From Oligoflexales bacterium (GTDB lineage Bacteria > Bdellovibrionota_B > Oligoflexia > Oligoflexales > JAPPIL01), in NCBI GenBank assembly GCA_965215515.1, contig OZ244057.1:1376001-1440000 (forward strand): a stretch of 64,000 nucleotides of DNA, given 5' to 3'. The notes under the pieces were generated by a model. That model saw nothing but the letters and a program-made list of their open reading frames with translations, made no database searches and was not told the origin of the DNA. Made by a program: the position numbers and the translations under genes. Positions 57,311-64,000 of this stretch are shown here, in pieces (position 1 is the first letter of the stretch; the number at the start of each line of letters is the position of its first letter).

Positions 57311-58431
57311 GAAGTGTGTTTGTAATTCTAGTATGTTGCATGTCATGGCCAGCTCTCGCGCCCGTGCCGCACGATCGTCGCCATCACGTACAGCGTTTTG
57401 TGCGTCATCCGCAACGGGTGCTGATGGTGAAGATGGCCGCGGCGCTCGATCGCAGCAAGCCCGTCGCGGCACTGAACAACGCGGGGGTAACCTTCGTCGC
57501 GGACAAAATCATCGGCAGCAGCGATCACGGGCGGATTGCGGCACGGACGCACACAGGCGAACAGCGCTGGTCTTTCCCCGCGGGCCAGCCACTGACCGTG
57601 CCGCCTGTCGCGATCGGCGACGCGCTGTATGTAGCACTACAATCGGGGAGAGTATTGAGCCTTGCCCATGATCACGGCAGCTTGCAGTGGGAAGCGCAGT
57701 TGAACAGCTACGTGTCACGACCGCTTGCCATCGCCGCGGCGACGATCGTCGCCGCCACAGCATCGCAGCATCTTTACGCCCTCGACGCGGCGAATGGCAA
57801 GACACACTGGCTTTACGACAGCGATAGCCGTGCCGATGTTACCGTGCACGGAGCTGCTCCGCCGCTGATCGTCGACAAAACCGTCTACTACGGCACGGCT
57901 GCGGGTGACATTGTCGCTCTTTCCTTGGCCAGCGGCAAGCTTCGCCAGCGTTGGTCACTGCCGCTGGCTGCGGGTCGCTTTCGCAGTATTGTCGGGCAAC
58001 TGGCGCTGCCTACGCCCGACACGCTGGTGTTCACTGCTGCCACAGGGTTGGTCGGTGCGCTCGATCCTCGTAGTTCTAGCAAGCAGTTGCAGTGGCAGCG
58101 CAGGTTTTCTGCTCTCACCACTTCCGCGTGTCATGGCTATACTTGTTATCTCGGTCTCGCGCGCGGCGAAGTCGTTGCCCTCGACAACCGTGACGGTCGT
58201 GTGCATTGGCACAAAACACTCGGCTGGTCGCCAACTTTTATCGTCCCTCATCGTGACAAGCACCTCTATGTCAGCGGTAGCGATGGTTTCGTCGTTAAGC
58301 TACGCACTACGCATGGCAGTCGTGTCTGGCAGGAGAATCTCGGCAGTTCTATCTTCGCACCTCCTATCCTGCGTCATGGCATGATCTTTTGCAGTACCAG
58401 CATGCGCAATCTCTATGCCTTGCGGCTGTAG
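57307..58431 (+). CDS. BamB-like PQQ-type beta-propeller protein
   Basis: Repeats such as LYALDAANGKTHW and VVALDNRDGRVHW; ends NLYALRL. Confidence 0.85.
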   Translation: MRSVFVILVCCMSWPALAPVPHDRRHHVQRFVRHPQRVLMVKMAAALDRSKPVAALNNAGVTFVADKIIGSSDHGRIAARTHTGEQRWSFPAGQPLTVPPVAIGDALYVALQSGRVLSLAHDHGSLQWEAQLNSYVSRPLAIAAATIVAATASQHLYALDAANGKTHWLYDSDSRADVTVHGAAPPLIVDKTVYYGTAAGDIVALSLASGKLRQRWSLPLAAGRFRSIVGQLALPTPDTLVFTAATGLVGALDPRSSSKQLQWQRRFSALTTSACHGYTCYLGLARGEVVALDNRDGRVHWHKTLGWSPTFIVPHRDKHLYVSGSDGFVVKLRTTHGSRVWQENLGSSIFAPPILRHGMIFCSTSMRNLYALRL

Positions 58432-58434
58432 GCA

Positions 58435-60414
58435 ATGGCTACCGACACCTTTGACGACGGCGAGATTGTTTGGCGAGCCGATCACGAACGTCAGCGGAAC
58501 AGTGCTATGTATCGTTTCGCCACCTGGCTCGGGGCACGCTTTGCGGCGAGCGGCTACGATTTTCACGTCTACGATGATCTTCATCGCTTTTCGTTGGTAG
58601 AGGCTGCCTCGTTCTGGCGTGCCTGCGCGGATTTTTGTGCTTTTGTTTGGCAACGCGCCCCGAGCATGACCTATCGTGACGGTGACGGGAGTATGCGAGG
58701 GCGCGAATGGTTTCCCGATGCACGCTGCAACTACTGCCACAACCTCCTGCAACGCGGTGCTGACGACGATGTTGCCCTCTACAGTTATGTCGAGGGACAG
58801 GAGGGTATTGCCACTATCTCGCGGCGAGCACTGCGACGTGATGTGGCACGTTGTACCGCACTTTTGCGCAGTTTGGGGGTAAGGAAAGGTGATGTGGTCT
58901 GTGGTGTGTTGTCCAACGTGCCCGCGGCGGTGATCGCGGCACTTGCCAGCGCGGCGATCGGTGCGGTGTGGTCGTCATGTTCGCCTGATTTTGGGGAGCA
59001 AGGTATCGGTGATCGTTTAGAACAGATCGCGCCGCGCGTTATTTTTTACACTACTGCTTATGTTTACGGACGTAAGTATCACGATCGCCGTGCCGCAATG
59101 CGAGCGGTGTTGGCAAAATTTCCGCACAGCCACGCGGTCGCAGTCTCGCATCTCGACGACGATGACGGTGCGAGTGAGGGGTTAGTTTTCGCTGATTTGT
59201 TGGCACAGGCTGGTGCGGTGGAATTGTCTTACGCCGAAATGTCGTTTGCCGATCCGCTATTTATTTTGTTTTCTTCGGGCACCACAGGAGTACCTAAGTG
59301 CATTGTGCATAGCGGCGGAGGAACGTTGTTGCAGCATTTGAAAGAGCACGTGTTGCACGGTGATCTCACCTCTCGTGATCGGCTGATGTTTTACACCACG
59401 TGCGGGTGGATGATGTGGAATTGGCAGTTATCTGCGCTGGCGGCAGGTTGTGCGATAGGTCTGTACGAAGGTGCACCGCATCACCCGCGGGTGATGACGT
59501 TGTGGGAGGTCGCGGCGCGCAGTGCAAGTACCGCGGTCGGGATAAGTCCACGTTACCTTTCGCTCTGTGCGCAAAAAAAATCTTCCCGCCTGCCAGCTCT
59601 GCCTGCTCTGCACACTATTTTTTCCACGGGTGCACCGTTGCACAGCAATCACTATCGCTACGTTTACACCTGCATCAAAGCTGACGTGCATCTCGCCTCC
59701 ATTGCGGGGGGCACGGATATTATTTCGTGTTTTGTGCTGGGCAATGTGCTGTTGCCTGTCAGGGCGGGTGAAATTCAGAGCAAGGGTTTGGGTATGGCGG
59801 TTGCCGCGTGGGATCGTGAGGGAAGGAGTGTGATCGCGACGCAGGGGGAGTTGGTATGCACTGCGCCCTTTGTTGCCATGCCGCGGGGTTTTTTGCACGA
59901 CGAGGATGGCAGTCGTTTTCGTGCCGCTTATTTTAACTTCTTCGCGGGCAGCGATGTGTGGCGACACGGTGATTTTATTACCATCACTGCACACGGTGGT
60001 ATTCGCATGCACGGTCGCTCAGATACCGTGCTAAATCCGTCTGGCATTCGTATCGGCACGGCGGAAATCTACCGTCAACTTGAACAGCTCGCTGAAGTTA
60101 CCGATGCCGTGGCCGTCGATCATCAGCGTCATGACGATACGCGGATGGTGTTGTTCGTCGTGCTGGAGGCAAACAGGCAACTGGATGCCGTGTTGCAGCA
60201 GAAAATCAAGCAGACCATTGCTGCGGGTCTTACGCCGCGGCACGTGCCTCGCATTATCGTGCAGGCTCCTGACATCCCCTATACCGTCAACGGCAAAAAA
60301 ATGGAATTAGCGGTAAAGCGTGCCTTGGCGGGTGAACCGATTGCCAATCACACGGCGATGGCCAACCCTGACGCGCTAGATTATTTCACCGCGCTCAGCA
60401 AAAATTTCGCATGA
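58435..60414 (+). CDS. Acetoacetate--CoA ligase
   Basis: WSSCSPDFG, LFSSGTTGVPKCIVH, TTCGWMMWNW, GGTDI, GRSDTVLNPSGIRIGTAEIY. Confidence 0.95.
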   Translation: MATDTFDDGEIVWRADHERQRNSAMYRFATWLGARFAASGYDFHVYDDLHRFSLVEAASFWRACADFCAFVWQRAPSMTYRDGDGSMRGREWFPDARCNYCHNLLQRGADDDVALYSYVEGQEGIATISRRALRRDVARCTALLRSLGVRKGDVVCGVLSNVPAAVIAALASAAIGAVWSSCSPDFGEQGIGDRLEQIAPRVIFYTTAYVYGRKYHDRRAAMRAVLAKFPHSHAVAVSHLDDDDGASEGLVFADLLAQAGAVELSYAEMSFADPLFILFSSGTTGVPKCIVHSGGGTLLQHLKEHVLHGDLTSRDRLMFYTTCGWMMWNWQLSALAAGCAIGLYEGAPHHPRVMTLWEVAARSASTAVGISPRYLSLCAQKKSSRLPALPALHTIFSTGAPLHSNHYRYVYTCIKADVHLASIAGGTDIISCFVLGNVLLPVRAGEIQSKGLGMAVAAWDREGRSVIATQGELVCTAPFVAMPRGFLHDEDGSRFRAAYFNFFAGSDVWRHGDFITITAHGGIRMHGRSDTVLNPSGIRIGTAEIYRQLEQLAEVTDAVAVDHQRHDDTRMVLFVVLEANRQLDAVLQQKIKQTIAAGLTPRHVPRIIVQAPDIPYTVNGKKMELAVKRALAGEPIANHTAMANPDALDYFTALSKNFA

Positions 60415-60545
60415 TGTCAATTTCTCTTTCAAGTGCTAACTTCGGACTGAGCAGGCAGTAATTTATCATTGACAGCGATGTTGCTCCTTTAGTAGGAGCG
60501 CCACCGTGGGTCGTTTCGATGTTTTTTTGGCAAGGAGAATTTGTC

Positions 60546-60635
60546 ATGGGGTATGTGAGGGGTTTGGTTTGTGTAGGTGCGATGTTGCTGGCGACGGCGG
60601 CCTTCGCAGAGAGCAATGATGGTGCTGCTGACTGA
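60546..60635 (+). pseudogene. Signal-peptide-only ORF (29 aa), probable gene remnant
   Basis: aaggag RBS; MGYVRGLVCVGAMLLATAAFA-ESNDGAAD then stop. Confidence 0.45.
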
Positions 60636-60688
60636 GGTCCGCTTGTTTCTTGGTGTGCCGCACGGGTTTCAAACGACGGGGGTGTGTG

Positions 60689-61537
60689 ATGAGGTGTCGG
60701 CTGGTGTTGCTATGCACCCTGCTGGTGTCGCTTCGCCTAGCACTAGCCTGCAACGAGAGTAAGCTGGTGGGGGCTGGGCGACAGCCCGAGACTGACAAGG
60801 CGGGTGGCGGGGAAGCAGGTGAAACGGACGCTGCAGGTCACACCGACGGCCTGCCTGTCGGTAGGGAAGTCGTCGCGCGGGTAGGCAAGCTGTTCGACTT
60901 CTCGCTGGATTTGCGTGCTGCCACGTTACCCTCAGGCGTGGGGCGCGTGCAGCTACACGTCGTCGATGCTTCAGGCAGGGACTTGCCTGAAGCGATCATG
61001 AGATGGCGTGATCCTGAGATCGCACACCCCGCTTGGTCGCAGACGGTGGGCACACGGGTGGTGGTGGAGTTCGAGGAGGAACGGCAAGCGGCGCAGTTCG
61101 AGGATATTTTCTTGCGCACCGACCTGCCTAAGGGGGCGCAGTTGGTCGTCACTGCCATCACCGCCAACGAGGAACAAGAGGTACGCAAGCACCCGCTGCG
61201 TTCCGAGGCAGGCAAGTATGACATGCGGGTGGTTTACGCCGAGCCTGGGATTCGCGGTCATCCCGTCATCGAATTCAACTTCGCCCCAGGTATTCCCACC
61301 CGCCAGAAGGGCCGTTGGTATGTGGCGGAGCGTGCAGGCGAGAGCAACGTCGGTGGCTATGGTGTCACGGGGAGTTCTTTCTCGCATCTGCCGATACCGA
61401 CTGTGAAACTCGTCGTCCGCCCCTCGGATGATCATTTCGATACGGATAACGAGTGCTATGTCGCATTGGTCAATATAGACAACAACGTTAAAGCTGATCA
61501 CTTCGGCGAGTGTCTTTTGAGCACGGTGTCGCGGTGA
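60689..61537 (+). CDS. Hypothetical lipoprotein
   Basis: Lipobox LALAC, Gly/Glu-rich linker, beta-rich body. Confidence 0.75.
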   Translation: MRCRLVLLCTLLVSLRLALACNESKLVGAGRQPETDKAGGGEAGETDAAGHTDGLPVGREVVARVGKLFDFSLDLRAATLPSGVGRVQLHVVDASGRDLPEAIMRWRDPEIAHPAWSQTVGTRVVVEFEEERQAAQFEDIFLRTDLPKGAQLVVTAITANEEQEVRKHPLRSEAGKYDMRVVYAEPGIRGHPVIEFNFAPGIPTRQKGRWYVAERAGESNVGGYGVTGSSFSHLPIPTVKLVVRPSDDHFDTDNECYVALVNIDNNVKADHFGECLLSTVSR

Positions 61538-61562
61538 ACGGCATCATCTCCTGAACGGTGGT

Positions 61563-62273
61563 ATGGAACGACGACCGCTATGGATCAGTCATCGTGGCTG
61601 TACGCGGGAGTTCGCCGAGAACACCCGTGCTGCTTTCGATGCTGCACGTGATGCGGGTTTTGATATCGTTGAGACCGATTTACGGGTTACCGCCGATGGT
61701 TATATCGTACTTTACCACGATCGCACGCTGGCCAAGCTGGGACGACCTGACTGGTGCGTTGAACGGGCGACGAAGGACGAGCTCAGCGCTCTGCGCTATC
61801 CTTGTGGAGCGAAGCTGATGTTTTTTGATGAGTTTATTGTGCGCTACCGTGAGTGGCGTTGGGTTTTCGATGTCAAGAAAGAGAGCGCGGTGCGCACTAT
61901 CGCTCTGTTACGCACCTACGATCGTCGTCTGCTGGAAGAGAACGCTATCTTGCTGTGTGAGCGTGAGAAACATGAACGACGGTTGCGTGCTCTTTTCCCC
62001 GCCGCGGAGTTTCTTGCGCGCAAATCGCAGTGCTACTCGGTCGGTATCGCCATGTTGTTAGGTGCTGCACCGTTGCTAACTTTACCGTGCGGCAAGACCT
62101 ATTCCGTCTCGGCGCATTTGTGCGGTTTGCCGTTGTTTCGGCGGGCAGTGTTCGCGCGTTATCACCGCAAGAAGGCGCGGGTGTTGGCTTATTTGCCCGT
62201 CAACGATGCGGAGACAAGGCAGGCGATAGCGGCGGGAGCGGACATGATTCTCACGGACTATGCGATCGTGTGA
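61563..62273 (+). CDS. Glycerophosphodiester phosphodiesterase family protein
   Basis: ISHRG, ENT, VETDLRVTADG..VLYHDRTL, GADMILTD. Confidence 0.9.
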   Translation: MERRPLWISHRGCTREFAENTRAAFDAARDAGFDIVETDLRVTADGYIVLYHDRTLAKLGRPDWCVERATKDELSALRYPCGAKLMFFDEFIVRYREWRWVFDVKKESAVRTIALLRTYDRRLLEENAILLCEREKHERRLRALFPAAEFLARKSQCYSVGIAMLLGAAPLLTLPCGKTYSVSAHLCGLPLFRRAVFARYHRKKARVLAYLPVNDAETRQAIAAGADMILTDYAIV

Positions 62274-62282
62274 GGCTGGCTG

Positions 62283-62792
62283 ATGAAAAATATCAAGATC
62301 ATTTCCCTCATGTTCTTTGGTGCGGTGGTATTGCTGGCGATCGGCTATGCCCTGTTGGTGGGGGACAGGGCGAAGGTATACGTCGACGGCACGGTGGAGA
62401 TAGCGCCCTCTCTGCAGGAAAAAGGGAAAGAGGAACGCACACTCTTTATCATTTTGCGGAATGCGAGAACGGACGATGTGCCTATTACGGTGATAGAGGC
62501 TGATCAAATCGTCGGCAACAAGCCACGTCGTCCTATTATGCCTTGGGGTGCGTATCGGGATAAGGTCAATTTTGCCCACAACAGTCGCTATAGTTTTACG
62601 ATCACGAAGGATAACTTGCAGTTGATGGGTCAGCGGCAGAGCGACCCTCCCGCACGTCTCAACATCAAAGTGCGCCTAGATCATGACGGGCAGGGCGGTG
62701 CTGACCAAGCAGGTGATCTCATCGGATCACGGCAAGGGGTAGTTCTCGGCAGCAGGGATGTGCACATCGTCCTCGATCGCGCGATCAAGTAG
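62283..62792 (+). CDS. Membrane-anchored protein resembling the CcmI/CycH C-terminal domain
   Basis: TM, GTVEIAPSL, TLFII, FTITKDNL, VRLDHDG, GDLIG, VHIVLDR. Confidence 0.6.
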   Translation: MKNIKIISLMFFGAVVLLAIGYALLVGDRAKVYVDGTVEIAPSLQEKGKEERTLFIILRNARTDDVPITVIEADQIVGNKPRRPIMPWGAYRDKVNFAHNSRYSFTITKDNLQLMGQRQSDPPARLNIKVRLDHDGQGGADQAGDLIGSRQGVVLGSRDVHIVLDRAIK

Positions 62793-62897
62793 GCTTCATC
62801 GACGTGTGATGGGGGTTTATCCTTACAAGGCACGGGAGAGATGTTGGACGGCAGCATAAAGCTTTCTTGGTCGTATCTGGTGGTATTCTGCTACATC

Positions 62898-62936
62898 TTA
62901 TTTATTTAATATTATTATAAAATTGCAAATTTTATA
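62898..62936 (+). repeat. AT-rich dispersed motif, copy 2
   Basis: ttatttatttaatattattataaaattgcaaattttata; 37 of 39 match to the reverse complement of 12688..12726. Confidence 0.8.
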
Positions 62937-63011
62937 TTTTTCTATTGACTTAGCGGTCAAGTTTGATATTTATTGCCGTTGGGTTTGTTGTTTAATTTAA
63001 TGAGGTATGCT

Positions 63012-63617
63012 ATGAGGTTTTTTCTTACGACATTGGCGATGGTCTGTTTCTTGCTGCCGAGCGTGGTGCAGGCTCACCAGGAACAGGAGTTCTCACTCCG
63101 TGCGGTCAACGGGGCTGAGGGTGGTTACTGCGTGCTCAAGACCGACAGGCAGAGTGGTGAGGTCGAGCTGATTACCGCACAAGGAGCGCTGAACGAAGAG
63201 ATGCTGGTAGAGGCATTTGTTGCAGCAAGCGTCGTTACTTGCCAGGCAAAGCCAAGAGTCCCAAGCCTAAGAGTAAGGCACTCGATCGAGGAGATAATTT
63301 GCACGGAAGAGTCGAGGTTGCTCTCCCTCCCATGGCCACTAGATAGAATAGAGAAAATAATAGTGAAGAAAGCAATAATGAAGAAACTCACCAGTGAGGA
63401 GGGAATCATTTTCGAGAAAAAAGGCAGAGGATGCATGGGCATAGGAGGATGGTTACCAGCATTAAGCGTGGGAACCTGGTTACCAGCATTAATCAGTGCT
63501 GATAAGGCAATACTTCTTGATTTGGGTTTGTTATATTATGAACAACGTAACTGGATAGCAGAAAGACTACAGAGTCAAGAACCCGCCTTCCCAAGTGGTT
63601 GCGACCACCTTATATAG
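63012..63617 (+). CDS. Hypothetical secreted protein
   Basis: Signal peptide ending VVQA; low-GC centre; internal WLPAL duplication. Confidence 0.75.
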   Translation: MRFFLTTLAMVCFLLPSVVQAHQEQEFSLRAVNGAEGGYCVLKTDRQSGEVELITAQGALNEEMLVEAFVAASVVTCQAKPRVPSLRVRHSIEEIICTEESRLLSLPWPLDRIEKIIVKKAIMKKLTSEEGIIFEKKGRGCMGIGGWLPALSVGTWLPALISADKAILLDLGLLYYEQRNWIAERLQSQEPAFPSGCDHLI

Positions 63618-63624
63618 TCCCCGC

Positions 63625-63655
63625 GGGGAAGAGCCGCACGAGCTCTTCCCCTTTA
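63625..63655 (+). terminator. Intrinsic terminator
   Basis: ggggaagagc-cgcacga-gctcttcccc followed by ttt. Confidence 0.8.
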
Positions 63656-63716
63656 TCAGTTGCCTCCGAACTTACGAAACGATCACTAACCATAACTGAG
63701 CTCCTCTGCGTGAATT

Positions 63717-63760
63717 GTTAGAAGCCGATAGGGTGTCCGCTTTTTACGGGGGCATCTACA
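63717..63760. mobile_element. 44-bp IS-end-like repeat, copy B
   Basis: Identical to 51531..51574. Confidence 0.8.
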
Positions 63761-63762
63761 AC

Positions 63763-64000
63763 TTACAGCAGCTCAGCATAACGATGCGGGTCGCGCTGCC
63801 GCATCATGGTATAGGCTGTTGTGCAGATTTGCTCGGCATTAGGTTTGCTGTAGTAATCTCCATCCGAACCATACGGCGTACGATGCGGTGCGGCGGTCAA
63901 CGTGCGTGGCGGTAGATCGAGCCAGTCATAACCACCCCCCGCTTCCAACACCTGCTGTAGCATGAAAGCAGAAGCCCCGCCAGGGACATCTTCGTCAACA
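63763..64000 (-). CDS. C-terminus of a transketolase-like / 2-oxoacid dehydrogenase E1 protein (runs off the window)
   Basis: [18 protein letters not shown]...[16 protein letters not shown]. Confidence 0.8.
   Translation of the reverse strand, partial: VDEDVPGGASAFMLQQVLEAGGGYDWLDLPPRTLTAAPHRTPYGSDGDYYSKPNAEQICTTAYTMMRQRDPHRYAELL

Noticed and set aside
1..64000. CRISPR array, rRNA, reverse transcriptase/DGR/retron, prophage
   Set aside because: No regularly spaced repeats, rRNA-like tract, RT motif or phage gene cluster seen; the only phage-like gene is the orphan at 9879.

Overview
64 kb of a Gram-negative bacterial chromosome (roughly mid-50s % GC by eye). The gene content suggests a deltaproteobacteria-like lineage, possibly Bdellovibrionota/Oligoflexia and possibly marine or host-associated; this is inference only. 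The window is mostly housekeeping genes (mutL, murD, fabI, alaS, smc, sucC, pruA, dnaB, rplI, rpsF, pth, rplY, rpmG, ychF, ftsZ, yajC, an rpoH-like sigma, lgt, yfgM-bamB-like, tRNA-Ala), but canonical operons are fragmented: ftsZ, murD, sucC, yajC and rpsF lack their usual partners. Intergenic regions hold IS debris and short dispersed repeats. I found no CRISPR array, rRNA, prophage or intact transposon. Most notable: (1) an orphan phage/eCIS tail-tube-like protein (T4 gp19/Afp1 type) with an N-terminal signal/TM segment and a shortened polymerisation loop, between mutL and murD; (2) a PyrD-like protein with most catalytic and substrate-binding residues replaced, coupled to a SAM methyltransferase and a SAMHD1-like HD protein; (3) an HTH-IrrE/ImmA-like protein lacking HEXXH; (4) a chorismate mutase/5-formyl-THF cyclo-ligase fusion; (5) a BacNav channel with a TLEDWTD filter; (6) secreted genes with host-GC ends and low-GC middles; (7) a kb-scale saw-tooth G/C strand skew that appears to reset at intergenic regions. 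All family calls come from motif recognition by eye, not database searches.
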